The translations under genes and the position numbers were made by a program. The notes under the pieces were generated by a model, which saw nothing but the letters and a program-made list of their open reading frames with translations, ran no database searches and was not told the origin of the DNA. From Candidatus Elulimicrobium sp. (GTDB taxonomy: Bacteria > Patescibacteriota > Minisyncoccia > Phycocordibacterales > UBA918), in NCBI GenBank assembly GCA_020720815.1, contig DYNY01000002.1, positions 5,980 through 69,979 on the forward strand: a stretch of 64,000 nt of DNA, given 5' to 3'. This document shows positions 29,199 through 39,568 of the stretch, piece after piece; position 1 is the stretch's first letter; every line of letters begins with the position of its first letter.

Positions 29199-31160
29199 TT
29201 AATCCAAGAAAATAGTGGTCTCATAGCCAGAATCAGTGCCAAATTCGCCGGGATTGGTGTTTTCTATATGTTTGGTATTGATGTCATTTAGGAAAGAAGA
29301 CGGTAGATTTACCCTTTGGCTACCATATATGGTGCGTAAGTGAGCGTAGGTTAGATAGACTTTTTCTGAGGCTCGGGTCAGAGCGACGTAAAATAGTCGT
29401 CTCTCCTCTTCGTGATCAATACTGGTATCATCTAGTCTTTCGTGTGGAAACAACCCTTCTTCTAAACCACAGATAAAAACAACTGGGAATTCTAGTCCTT
29501 TGGAGGCATGAATTGTCATTAGACGGGTGGCGTCCTGTTCTTCCTTATCTTTGAGTTCATCCTGATCACTCTGGAGAGCCGCTGTTTCTAGTAATAACTC
29601 TATCGCTTCTTCTGGATTCATTTCATCGTAGCGTCTAGCTAAGGTAACTAGTTCTTGCAGGTTTTCTAGGCGTGACAGGTCATCTTCGGTGCCGTTTTTC
29701 TTTAATTCAGTTTCAATCCCGGTTCTTTTTATGATAAATTTAAGTGTCTCGGCTAGTGGCTTGGTGCGAGCTTCATCCGCAATGTCTTGCATAATTTGGT
29801 CAAATCGACCCACTTTTTCTAGCACGGCTCCTTTAAGTTCTGCTCGCTTTCCCTCAACAATTTTAAGCATGGTGACCTTGCCTATGCCACGAGCTGGTTC
29901 GTTGATTACCCGTACCAGGTCCGCCATACTTCCCGGGTTTAGGGCTAGACGAAGGTAAGACAAAACATCCTTTACTTCTTTCCGTTCGTAAAATTTTGTA
30001 CCCAAAAGTTGGTACGGTACCGAAAAATTTAGGAATGCTTCCTCAAGCGCGCGTGATTGGAAGTTGGTACGGTAAAGCACCGCAATATCGGATGGTTTAC
30101 GACCGGTAGTGATAAGTGCCTTAGCCGTAGTAGCTATATATTCAGCCTCATCATTACCGGTCATGGCCACGTAAAGACTAATCTTTTCACCTTGGTGATT
30201 GCTTGTAAAAACGGCTTTAGGAATACGATTTTTATTTTTTTCAATAATCTCGTTTGAGGCCGAGATAATGGTTTTAGTGGAGCGGTAGTTCTCTTCCAGT
30301 AGAATCGTGGCGGCGGTAGGGAACTCACGTTCAAATTGAAGGACATTCTTAATGTCAGCCCCACGCCAGGAATAAATATTTTGATCGATGTCCCCTACCA
30401 CACAGATATTTTGCTCAGCCCCACAAAGTATTTTAGCCATTGCAAATTGAACAGCGTTGGTGTCTTGGTATTCGTCTATATGTATATATAGGTAGCGTTT
30501 TTGTAAAATTTCTCGGACAGTGGTCTGTGATTGTAGTAAGGTTAAGGTTTTGGCCAACAAATCATCAAAATCAAGCGCGTGCTCTGTTTTAAGAATTGCT
30601 TCATATTTTTCCCACACGGTGGCGGTTACTTGGTCTGGGAAAGTGCTAGCGCTGGCTTTATAACTACTAACTGTTTGGGCGTCTCCCTTAGCGCGTGATA
30701 TTTTGCCCAATATTTTACGAGGCTCAAACTCTTTAGGACTATAGTTTGCCTGTTCGATGGCAGTTTTAATAGTGCGTAAGCTATCGCTACGATCATAAAT
30801 AGTGAAATGTCTCGGTAGATTTAGATATTCATGAAACTCTCGGAGCAAGCGTACACCAAGAGAGTGAAAAGTAGTCACCGTTGGGAGTGAATCAATAACC
30901 GCCCGATTGCTTGGTGGAAAGTGATGGACTAAGCTTTCCACGCGTTCGCGCATTTCTTTAGCCGCTTTGTTGGTAAAAGTTACGGCTAGAATATTATGTG
31001 GAGCAATGCCGATATGAATGAGGTGAACAATCCGGTGAGTAATTACTCTAGTTTTACCGGATCCTGCACCAGCCAAGATTAGGAGGGGACCATTAGTTTT
31101 CAAAACAGCTTCCGTTTGCTTGTCATTTAATCCTTCTAGGTACGGCTTACAAATAGACAT
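29199..31160 (-). CDS. pcrA: UvrD/PcrA SF1 helicase
   Basis: AGAGSGKT, DEYQD, GDIDQ, NYRS, TIHASKGLEF, YVALTRA. Confidence 0.96.
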   Translation of the reverse strand: MSICKPYLEGLNDKQTEAVLKTNGPLLILAGAGSGKTRVITHRIVHLIHIGIAPHNILAVTFTNKAAKEMRERVESLVHHFPPSNRAVIDSLPTVTTFHSLGVRLLREFHEYLNLPRHFTIYDRSDSLRTIKTAIEQANYSPKEFEPRKILGKISRAKGDAQTVSSYKASASTFPDQVTATVWEKYEAILKTEHALDFDDLLAKTLTLLQSQTTVREILQKRYLYIHIDEYQDTNAVQFAMAKILCGAEQNICVVGDIDQNIYSWRGADIKNVLQFEREFPTAATILLEENYRSTKTIISASNEIIEKNKNRIPKAVFTSNHQGEKISLYVAMTGNDEAEYIATTAKALITTGRKPSDIAVLYRTNFQSRALEEAFLNFSVPYQLLGTKFYERKEVKDVLSYLRLALNPGSMADLVRVINEPARGIGKVTMLKIVEGKRAELKGAVLEKVGRFDQIMQDIADEARTKPLAETLKFIIKRTGIETELKKNGTEDDLSRLENLQELVTLARRYDEMNPEEAIELLLETAALQSDQDELKDKEEQDATRLMTIHASKGLEFPVVFICGLEEGLFPHERLDDTSIDHEEERRLFYVALTRASEKVYLTYAHLRTIYGSQRVNLPSSFLNDINTKHIENTNPGEFGTDSGYETTIFLD

Positions 31161-31519
31161 AGGTGACACTATAACACGGGGTAAGGAATGGAAGTTCCCT
31201 TACACCGAAGTTTTTTGGTGTAAGATTTTTACACCAGGCTATAATTTTTTTGTCAATAAAAAAATAAGGCTTAAAATATGAACGACAGGGGCATTTTTTT
31301 CAAAGGCTTTAAAAATGTGTATTCGTCAATTGCCCTACCCCGGTAGTTTAGTACAATATGGGAGTACCAACAGTTTTGGTAAATGTAGGAGAGCACAATC
31401 ATGTTGCTTTTTTTGTTTCAGAAATTTACCGTAGTGAAAGAATGGCGGCGAGTCCCTAAAAAAAATTTATTCAACGACACACACAAGATTCTGATCAGAT
31501 ACTATCATTTATAGATCAG

Positions 31520-32548
31520 ATGACAGATAATGCCGAAAAAGCATTACCACGCCACTTTAGCCATATCGAGTGGATACTTTTTTTAGTGGTTATTGCTTTG
31601 CCTATTTCGTTACATACTGGTTTTTTTGACGTGGTGACAGCTGAAGGCAATAATCTTCCTGTGGTTGAAAATATTGTCCCAGCTTATATTTCTCCCTTAG
31701 ATACACCAGTTCTGTCGGCGGTTAAAAATCCTAATCCACAAGGTTCTCGTGGTGGGGCTGAGGTCTTGGTCAATGAAGGGGCTTTGGTTTCCTCTGGTCC
31801 GGTCGGAGAGGATATCATTGCCGCGTCAAAGAACCCTACCGGAGAAATTAGTGTTTACACAGTTAGAGCTGGCGATACCCTTTCTCATATTGCGCAAATG
31901 TATGGAGTAACCGCCAACACTATTTTGTGGGCCAACGATTTACCACGAGCGACTGCGATTCGTGAAGGACAAACTCTAGTTATATTACCAGTGGCTGGTG
32001 TACGTCACGTAGTAAAGAAGGGTGACACACTTAGTTCTATTGCAAAAAAATACAGTGGCAAGGAAGATGATATTTTAACGTATAATCAAATTGGAGATGA
32101 TACGGATTTAGTCATTGGAGAAGTGTTAGTGATACCAGGAGGAACAATAAAAGTTGCCCCAAGTTCTGGTAGTGGTAGTAAGTCAGGTAGCAAGTTAGCT
32201 GGTAGTTCATGGTTGACCCATCCAGTACCTGGTGCAATTAAGACCCAAGGCATTCATGGTTTTAATGCAGTTGACTTGGCATCGGCTGTCGGTACCTCTA
32301 TTAGAGCCGCTGGTACTGGTGAAGTAATTGTTTCGAAAAGTTCTGGATGGAATGGTGGTTATGGGCAGTATATAGTTATCCGTCATAGTAACGGAGCACA
32401 AACTCTCTATGCCCATCTTTCTCGTAATGATGTTGGCGTAGGTGCTTATGTAAGTCAAGGAGAAGTGATTGGTGCGATGGGAAATACTGGACGATCAACC
32501 GGACCACACCTACACTTTGAAGTACGCGGAGCTAGTAATCCATTCTAA
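31520..32548 (+). CDS. LysM x2 + M23 peptidase
   Basis: YTVRAGDTL and HVVKKGDTL LysM repeats; H...AVD, YAHL, HLHFE. Confidence 0.93.
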   Translation: MTDNAEKALPRHFSHIEWILFLVVIALPISLHTGFFDVVTAEGNNLPVVENIVPAYISPLDTPVLSAVKNPNPQGSRGGAEVLVNEGALVSSGPVGEDIIAASKNPTGEISVYTVRAGDTLSHIAQMYGVTANTILWANDLPRATAIREGQTLVILPVAGVRHVVKKGDTLSSIAKKYSGKEDDILTYNQIGDDTDLVIGEVLVIPGGTIKVAPSSGSGSKSGSKLAGSSWLTHPVPGAIKTQGIHGFNAVDLASAVGTSIRAAGTGEVIVSKSSGWNGGYGQYIVIRHSNGAQTLYAHLSRNDVGVGAYVSQGEVIGAMGNTGRSTGPHLHFEVRGASNPF

Positions 32549-32570
32549 CTATCTAGACAGTTTGTTGATA

Positions 32571-32627
32571 AAACTAAAACCACTGAACACCTACTCTGTA
32601 ATTAGGTGTGTTCAGTGGTTTTAGTTT
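32571..32627. terminator. Bidirectional terminator
   Basis: 20-bp inverted repeat aaactaaaaccactgaacac / gtgttcagtggttttagttt between convergent genes. Confidence 0.8.
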
Positions 32628-34132
32628 GGAATACGGTAAGAAAGGGCTTCTAGGACATGTTTAGCTTCAATTTCAGTGGCTTCATCGAGGTCGGCAATTG
32701 TCCGAGATACTTTTAATAAGCGGTGATAACTTCGTGGTGATAGATTAAGTTTGGTGGCTGAAAGCTTAAGTAAATCTTTTACCTCGTCATTAATAATTAA
32801 ATAGTGATCAATATCACGACTAGTCATTTCAGCATTGGTGAATATTCCACGGTCGACTAATCTAGCTACTTGGATTGACCTGGCTTTGGTAATTTCTGTC
32901 CTAGCCCTCTCTGTCTCTCCTTCTGGGCGCACTAAATTGGCTAATGTTTCATGTGGTATATGAAGTACTTCAATCCATAAATCAATACGGTCAAGAATTG
33001 GGCCAGATATTTTTTCTTTATAAGTTTCTTTCATTGCTCTAGCTAGGTTGGTAGTACCATCTTCTACTCCACGGTAGGGATTCATTGCCGCTACTAAAAT
33101 AAAATCAGCTGGAAAAACCGCCGTACCCTGGATCCTAGAAATACTAACTACCCTATCTTCTAGTGGTTGTCTTAAAGCATCCAAACTACGTCTTTCAAAC
33201 TCTGGAAACTCATCCATAAATAAGACACCTTTATGAGCGAGAGTCACTTCGCCTGGTTTTGGTTGTGAACCACCACCCACAAGCGCTGTATAAGAGGCTG
33301 TGTGATGGGGAGATCTGAAAGGGGGTATCGAGCTGATAGTTTCCAGGTTCCCGTTAGTGGAATGAATAGCTGTGACGGCCAAGGCATCACTACGGGATAG
33401 TGGTGGTAGTAAACCCTGAAAAGCTCTGGCCAACATTGTCTTACCAGTACCGGGTGGGCCGACTAAAATGACATTATGCCGGCCCGCTGCAGCAATTATT
33501 AGCGCTCGTTTGGCGCTTTCTTGCCCCTTGATATCTTCTAGTACCACTTTACTTTGTCCCCAGGCGGGGGCTATTTCAGTAGTTTTTTGTATCAGGAGTA
33601 GTTGGTGATTGGGATGATTTATTTCACAATGTAGAATAACTTCACGCAATGAGGTGGCTCCATAAATATCAATTCCTTCTACCAAACCTGCTTCCTCAGC
33701 ATTAGCTTTAGGTACAATGACTTTTTTGTAACCATTTAGTTTAGCCACCAGAACGATATTCAAGACTCCTTTTATTGGTCTTAAACTGCCATCCAGACCA
33801 AGCTCACCAACAAAAATAGTATCGGTCACTGGAGAAATTTCTTCCGTGGCGATTAAATAAGCCAAAGCGATAGGGAGATCAAATAAAGGTCCTTCCTTTT
33901 TTAAATCAGCCGGTGATAGCGAAATAGTTATTTTTTGGTTTTGACTTTTTGGTGAATCATAATCAGTATGTTTAATAGCACTACTAACCCTGTCCCTAGC
34001 TTCCTCAATAGCTTTACCAGCCAAACCAACAATTGAAAATGAATGTAATCCTCTAGATAAGTCGGCCTCGATACAAACAACGGTGCCAGATAGAATGTGT
34101 GGTTGTACCGTGTATGTCTTCGCGATGGCCAT
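32621..34132 (-). CDS. comM: ComM/YifB Mg-chelatase-like AAA+ helicase
   Basis: LSPADLKKEG..FDLPIA, GPPGTGKTML, FRSPHH, PGEVTLAHKGVLFMDE, ISGPILDRID. Confidence 0.93.
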   Translation of the reverse strand: MAIAKTYTVQPHILSGTVVCIEADLSRGLHSFSIVGLAGKAIEEARDRVSSAIKHTDYDSPKSQNQKITISLSPADLKKEGPLFDLPIALAYLIATEEISPVTDTIFVGELGLDGSLRPIKGVLNIVLVAKLNGYKKVIVPKANAEEAGLVEGIDIYGATSLREVILHCEINHPNHQLLLIQKTTEIAPAWGQSKVVLEDIKGQESAKRALIIAAAGRHNVILVGPPGTGKTMLARAFQGLLPPLSRSDALAVTAIHSTNGNLETISSIPPFRSPHHTASYTALVGGGSQPKPGEVTLAHKGVLFMDEFPEFERRSLDALRQPLEDRVVSISRIQGTAVFPADFILVAAMNPYRGVEDGTTNLARAMKETYKEKISGPILDRIDLWIEVLHIPHETLANLVRPEGETERARTEITKARSIQVARLVDRGIFTNAEMTSRDIDHYLIINDEVKDLLKLSATKLNLSPRSYHRLLKVSRTIADLDEATEIEAKHVLEALSYRIPN

Positions 34133-34137
34133 GAAGT

Positions 34138-34512
34138 TTAGAGAGTGAGTTGTCCTTCTGTGTCCATGTTCTTGCTTGTGGTACGGGCAGTGGGCTTTGC
34201 TTCTAGACGTGCCTCATCAATTAGTTCTCCGGAAATTTCGCAAATTCCGTATGTCCCATTTTGTATTTTTCTTAAGGCTCGTTTTATATCGCGGTATTCA
34301 GTTTCTAGGCTAGCTAGTGTAGAACGACGCTCGTTGTATTCTTCTACTGCATCGGCTTCAGTATTAATATCGGCTTCAGATAATTCTTCAGTATCTGGCC
34401 TAGCTTCCCAATTGTCAGTTTTTTCGTTTAGATAACCAATCGTACGGAGTTCGGCTGTTATAGTAGCTAGTTGTACCTCTAGGCGATTTTGGTATTTTAT
34501 CAAGTCCAACAT
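34138..34512 (-). CDS. DksA/TraR-like protein lacking the C4 zinc finger
   Basis: Coiled coil plus AL.KI..GTYGICEISGE.I...RLEA.P. Confidence 0.85.
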   Translation of the reverse strand: MLDLIKYQNRLEVQLATITAELRTIGYLNEKTDNWEARPDTEELSEADINTEADAVEEYNERRSTLASLETEYRDIKRALRKIQNGTYGICEISGELIDEARLEAKPTARTTSKNMDTEGQLTL

Positions 34513-34515
34513 AAA

Positions 34516-36207
34516 TTATTTTAATAGGTTAGTAATTTCAATAAAAGCGGTAGAGTTAGTAGTAATAATAACAGTATCACGATTTTTTAGTCCGTAAACT
34601 AAAAGTTCCACGCCTGATAGGGTGCGTAATATCCTAACGTCATTTTTTTCTATTACGGCGTCTGTAAATACAGCTGTCTTAATGGAACCAGTGTCATAAA
34701 GTTGATTGTAATTGAATAGTAGTGATACATCCTCATAAATGGTCGTTTCCCAATTTAACATTCCGCCCCGAGCGGTGGTGTAGTCGGCCGTATCTAACAA
34801 GATAAATGGAACGCTCTTACGAAGACCACCAAAGTAAATATAAGATATTGACTTAGTAAAAGCTGGCTCTAATGGAAACTCTAGAGTTTTCATTACCGTC
34901 TCGGGCTTAAGTAAGGTTTCCCCTCCGGCGCCGGCCACAAAAATTTGTTGTGCTACATCTCCTTCGGTGGTCTTGAAGGAATTGACCACATCTTCAAATA
35001 GACCAGCTTTGGTTAAAGTACCAGGATAGATAAGTTGCAGTGGACCCTCGATTAATGTTTTGTAACTAGGGGTCGTATTTAGAGAGTAATCAGGTATTCT
35101 GTTACTAATCCAAAAATAGCTAGTGGCAGAAATTATAATTAAAGCTAACACAACACTAAATACACCGATAGATATAGTATTAATATTAATGCTAAAGAGC
35201 CATTCTTTGAGATTAGTTGGTTGTAGTTTACTAACTTTCCCTCCCGCCAGCTCTTCTGGTTGGACAACCGTTATAGGCGTTACCTCCGGAGTAACTGAAT
35301 CTTCTTTCGCTACGGGTGCTGGAGTAGTCACGACTGGCGTTACCGCGACTAATGGTCTTGCTACTACTGGCTCTACCACCTCATGTAGTGTGCCTCTAAC
35401 ATTTGGCAAACTGCCCATGGCTATTATCTCTGGGGTTTTTGGTTGTGGCAAAGTTTTCTTGCTTGGTGTAGCCTCACTTAAATTAAGGAAACTTTTTTTA
35501 AGCACTACCTGAACATTACTTATGTTATTTTCACCAGCTTCAAGTAGTGGGAAGCCTGGTTCTGTATTAGCTGTCCAGATAGTGGTTGGAGTTTTTGGTG
35601 TTGCCCTCTCTTTACGTAATCTGACACGTTCATGGATACTTAGTGCATCAGCGCTGGCAAATTTTCCAGTTTTAGAAGTGGCTTTTTGGATGACTCCTTT
35701 TCGATGTGAAGTTGGAGGTACAGTATATTTTGGAGTTTTTTTAGCTACTTGTTTTTCTCTTAGATCAGCAAACCACTGACTTATACTTTTAATAATGGCT
35801 GGGAATAAGCGAAAGCGGTTTCTCTTGGCATCGGTAATAATGACTCCTGGTCGAGTGTTACTACTTTCGACAATTATAGTCTCCCCTTCTGTCTTAGGGG
35901 CTGATATGGGTTTAAGAGTTTGCTCTGGTTCTTCCTCATCCCTTCTAACATCAGACTTATTGTCAATTGACTTTACAACTTTTACTATAGGTTCAGTTTT
36001 AACACCTGGTTTAATTTTATTACCAGTCCAACTAGGTGCGCGGTAGATTTGAGGCTCTTCTCTCGTTTCAAACTCATCTGATAAGGAAGCATCATTTGTT
36101 TCAGTTTTAGTCGAGGCATTGTCAAAAGCTTGTTTTTTTGCCATGTCCTTAGCAAAAGTACGAACACTTGGAAGTGAGTTAGAAGATTTATGCTTATCCA
36201 TTACCAT
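34516..36207 (-). CDS. Single-pass membrane protein with a long disordered N-terminus
   Basis: Low-complexity P/T/V-rich region, one TM and a globular C-terminal domain. Confidence 0.75.
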   Translation of the reverse strand: MVMDKHKSSNSLPSVRTFAKDMAKKQAFDNASTKTETNDASLSDEFETREEPQIYRAPSWTGNKIKPGVKTEPIVKVVKSIDNKSDVRRDEEEPEQTLKPISAPKTEGETIIVESSNTRPGVIITDAKRNRFRLFPAIIKSISQWFADLREKQVAKKTPKYTVPPTSHRKGVIQKATSKTGKFASADALSIHERVRLRKERATPKTPTTIWTANTEPGFPLLEAGENNISNVQVVLKKSFLNLSEATPSKKTLPQPKTPEIIAMGSLPNVRGTLHEVVEPVVARPLVAVTPVVTTPAPVAKEDSVTPEVTPITVVQPEELAGGKVSKLQPTNLKEWLFSININTISIGVFSVVLALIIISATSYFWISNRIPDYSLNTTPSYKTLIEGPLQLIYPGTLTKAGLFEDVVNSFKTTEGDVAQQIFVAGAGGETLLKPETVMKTLEFPLEPAFTKSISYIYFGGLRKSVPFILLDTADYTTARGGMLNWETTIYEDVSLLFNYNQLYDTGSIKTAVFTDAVIEKNDVRILRTLSGVELLVYGLKNRDTVIITTNSTAFIEITNLLK

Positions 36208-36272
36208 CTAGTATTGCACGAAATTGTTAGTTTGTGAGTAGGAAACTGTGATTCCCGTTAATAAATAATATC

Positions 36273-38399
36273 CTAAGTAATTTTTTTAAGACCTCTGTTT
36301 TTGGTGAAATCAGGGTTTATTTGCTTAATTGATAGTCCAATTTTACCCTCTTCTACCTTACTTACTACTACCTGTACTACTTCACCGACAGTTAGAATTC
36401 CTTCCATACTTTCAATTCGGAAAGGAGCAATTTCTGAAATATGAATTAATCCTTCATTGTAGCTATCGAGCTTAGCGAAAGCACCAAAAGTAGCAATTTT
36501 GGTTATAGTGGCAGTGGCTTTGTCACCGACCAGGTACCTTTTAGTTAGAGACATAATCTTATCAGCTGCTAGACTGGGTGTGCCATTTTTACCGGTGATA
36601 TAAACTGCACCATCATCTTCAATAACAATTTCATCAACCCCGGTGTCGTCTTTTATACTATTGATTGTTTTGCCACCAGAACCAATTACCAAACCAATTT
36701 GATCAGGTAAAATCATTAACGAAATTATTTGTGGAGCTCGGGGAGAGATCGTTGCTCGTGGGGCTGACAGGGCCTTCTTCATTGTCTCTAATATTTGTAG
36801 TCGAGCCAGCCTGGCCTTTTCTAAAGCTTCAATAAGTATTTGTATAGAAATTCCAGTTATTTTTACATCCATCTGGATAGCGGTAACTCCTTCGGTCGTC
36901 CCAGCTACTTTGAAATCCATGTCACCGTATTCGTCTTCTGGGCCTTGGATGTCGGTCAAAAGTTGATAGGAATCATCTAGTATCATTACCCCAGAAGCGA
37001 TACCAGCCACACCTCTTATAATCGGTACCCCACCGTCCATTAGAGCTAAGGTTGAAGCACAGACTGAACCCATTGAACTAGAGCCATTGCTAGACATCGT
37101 TTCTGAAACTAGTCTTATTGTATAAGGAAAAGTTTCTTTATCTGGGATAACTGGTAAAAGGGCTTTTTCGGCTAAGGCACCATGACCAATCATTCTTCGA
37201 TTAAAACCACCAACCCGACCAGTTTCTCCAACCGAAAAGGGTGGGAAATTGTAGTGGTGCATAAAATTTTTTTTCACTGAGCGTTCTTCCATAGTATCAA
37301 TCATTTGAGCAGCTTCAGGACCACCTAAAGTTAAAGCAGAAAAGATACGTGTGCCACCTCTATAAAATATACCTGAACCATGCAGGACAGGGGAGATTCC
37401 ACCAGCTTCAGCATAAAGTTCTCTCACCTCATCAAATCCCCTCCCGTCAGCTCTTTTACCGTCAACTACTGCGCCCTTGTGTAGTTCGATACTTATCTGT
37501 TCCTCAAAGTAAGAGCTGGCAATTTTTTTATCAATTGGCTCTTCTTGGGAAGTGGCTGCTTCGATGAAAATGTTTTTTAGTTCTTGAAGATGGTCTTTTC
37601 CTGGGCGATTGCTAAAAAGTGTTATCTGTAATTGGGACTTATAATTTTTTTTATATAAATCTATCAGTGCGATGGGTGTTTCTTGTATTGATATTAGGCG
37701 CTTGGGTTTACCAATTTCAGCGATAATATTTTTTTGCCAAATCTCTAATTCGGCTTGGATTTTTAGGGCAGTTTCTAAAGCAGAAATAATCTCACTTTCG
37801 CTTACTTCATAAGCAGTCGTCTCAATCATATTTATCTTGCCATCCTTTCCACAAGCCAACACTTCATAATCAGCTATTTCAGGAGTGCGGTCTTGGTAGC
37901 TTGGGTTTATTATTATCCCTTTGCTAGTTTTGATACGAGCTAGGCGAACTGCTCCCACTGGTCCAGCCCAAGGAATATCTGATATGCCCAAAGCTAGAGA
38001 GGCACCAATTACACCAAGAATATCAGGGTCATCTTCACCAATTGATAGGACAGTAATAACAACTTGTACGTCAATCCGCAGTTGCGAAGAAAAAAGTGGG
38101 CGGATCGTTCTGTCAACGATACGAGCCGAGAGAATTGCCTCGTCACTGGGGCGACCTTCGCGACGCATAAAACGACTACCAAGAATTTCACCGGCTGCAT
38201 AGAACTTTTCTTCAAATTCAACTGACAGTGGAAAATATGGTAGACTAGGATTATCACTCTTACCCATTACAGCCGTGACTAAAACAACCGTCTCACCATA
38301 AGTTAAAAGTACAGAACCATTGGCGTGCAAGGTTAAGTCATTAAATTCGGCCGTCAGTGTCTTGCCTCCTAACTCCGTGGTAAAGATTTTTCTTTGCAT
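36273..38399 (-). CDS. pnp: Polynucleotide phosphorylase
   Basis: RREGRPS, HHYNFPPFSVGE, SNGSSSM, GDMDFKVAG; KH and S1 domains. Confidence 0.97.
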   Translation of the reverse strand: MQRKIFTTELGGKTLTAEFNDLTLHANGSVLLTYGETVVLVTAVMGKSDNPSLPYFPLSVEFEEKFYAAGEILGSRFMRREGRPSDEAILSARIVDRTIRPLFSSQLRIDVQVVITVLSIGEDDPDILGVIGASLALGISDIPWAGPVGAVRLARIKTSKGIIINPSYQDRTPEIADYEVLACGKDGKINMIETTAYEVSESEIISALETALKIQAELEIWQKNIIAEIGKPKRLISIQETPIALIDLYKKNYKSQLQITLFSNRPGKDHLQELKNIFIEAATSQEEPIDKKIASSYFEEQISIELHKGAVVDGKRADGRGFDEVRELYAEAGGISPVLHGSGIFYRGGTRIFSALTLGGPEAAQMIDTMEERSVKKNFMHHYNFPPFSVGETGRVGGFNRRMIGHGALAEKALLPVIPDKETFPYTIRLVSETMSSNGSSSMGSVCASTLALMDGGVPIIRGVAGIASGVMILDDSYQLLTDIQGPEDEYGDMDFKVAGTTEGVTAIQMDVKITGISIQILIEALEKARLARLQILETMKKALSAPRATISPRAPQIISLMILPDQIGLVIGSGGKTINSIKDDTGVDEIVIEDDGAVYITGKNGTPSLAADKIMSLTKRYLVGDKATATITKIATFGAFAKLDSYNEGLIHISEIAPFRIESMEGILTVGEVVQVVVSKVEEGKIGLSIKQINPDFTKNRGLKKIT

Positions 38400-38432
38400 A
38401 ACTACTATCAAGGAATATATAAGTCTTGGTAA

Positions 38433-39020
38433 TTAATTCTCAGTTTCGTCCGGATTATTTTTTTTGCCATTTCTGCGACCGAGGTTTTTATTCTGATTAT
38501 TCTTCTTGGTGGTTTTATAACCAATTAAAAATTCGTGCGGATAATCATCCATGTCAATAAAGTCATCAACGATTTCGCGCAGTTTGGCTGAGGCTGAGCG
38601 ACCAAAGGTGATAACTTCCACTTGGCAACCCTGACTTTTTACGTACTCCACCAGAGGAATAAAGTCCCCGTCTCCAGTCGCTAAAACAATAGCATCTACC
38701 TTATGGGCTAGCTTGATAGCATCGATTGCTAGACCAACATCCCAGTCCGCTTTTTTAGCACCGCCATAAAATATTTGTAGGTCTTTAGTTTTAATTTCAA
38801 TGCCGACTTTTTCTAGAGCTTCAAAAAATGGTGCCTCTTCCCCACTCTCTGTATTTACGACATAAGAAAGGGCGCGGATAAGTTTACGATCACCGAGAGC
38901 AGCTTTTACAACAGCTCCGAAATTCACTTTTGATTTGTATAAATTTTTGGCACTGTGATAGAGATTTTGTGTATCAATTAAAACAGCGACCCGTTGTTCA
39001 GGATGGCGAATGATTCCCAT
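38433..39020 (-). CDS. NYN domain (LabA/DUF88, PIN-like) protein
   Basis: IDTQN, KADWDV.LA.D, TGDGDF. Confidence 0.9.
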   Translation of the reverse strand: MGIIRHPEQRVAVLIDTQNLYHSAKNLYKSKVNFGAVVKAALGDRKLIRALSYVVNTESGEEAPFFEALEKVGIEIKTKDLQIFYGGAKKADWDVGLAIDAIKLAHKVDAIVLATGDGDFIPLVEYVKSQGCQVEVITFGRSASAKLREIVDDFIDMDDYPHEFLIGYKTTKKNNQNKNLGRRNGKKNNPDETEN

Positions 39021-39082
39021 ATAAAAATAAGTTATGTAAAAATGATCTGTATAAAAATACCCTAACTTCAACTATAACGTGA

Positions 39083-39118
39083 AATATAAAAATGCTCCAG
39101 ACGGAGCATTTTTATATT
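39083..39118 (-). terminator. Terminator after rpsO
   Basis: aatataaaaatgctcc-agac-ggagcatttttatatt. Confidence 0.75.
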
Positions 39119-39383
39119 AGCGTTTCAACCCGAGTTTCTTAATGAGAGATTGGTATGATTTCTCATCTTTACTTTCGAGATAGTTTAGATGCTTGCGCCG
39201 ATCAGCTACCATCTGCAATAGACCACGGCGGGAGTGAAAGTCTTTCTTATGCTTTCGCAAATGAGAAGACAACTCCTCAATCTGACGGGTCAATAATGCG
39301 ACTTGCGCCTCAGGCGAACCAGTGTCACTATCGTGACGACGACTATCCTTAAGGACGTTTTCTTTGACTCGTTTTGTTAACAT
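39117..39383 (-). CDS. rpsO: 30S ribosomal protein S15
   Basis: [24 protein letters not shown]. Confidence 0.98.
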   Translation of the reverse strand: MLTKRVKENVLKDSRRHDSDTGSPEAQVALLTRQIEELSSHLRKHKKDFHSRRGLLQMVADRRKHLNYLESKDEKSYQSLIKKLGLKR

Positions 39384-39568
39384 ATATTATGTGTGAAGTG
39401 TGTCCAATTTATATAGATACGCACGTCAGTGCTTATAAATAAGTACACTTGATTAACCGCGAAGGTTGTATCTACTATAGCACAAAAATTAGGAAAATGC
39501 AAGCCAGACAAATGGTTAGACAGTTTGTCAAAACAGTGTCGGTATAACCGTTGTATACTATCTTCTAT

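Noticed and set aside
39384..39480. Three-way-junction S15 leader
   Set aside because: The closing strand (tagatac) overlaps the predicted -10/TSS, so it is probably not transcribed; only two small hairpins remain
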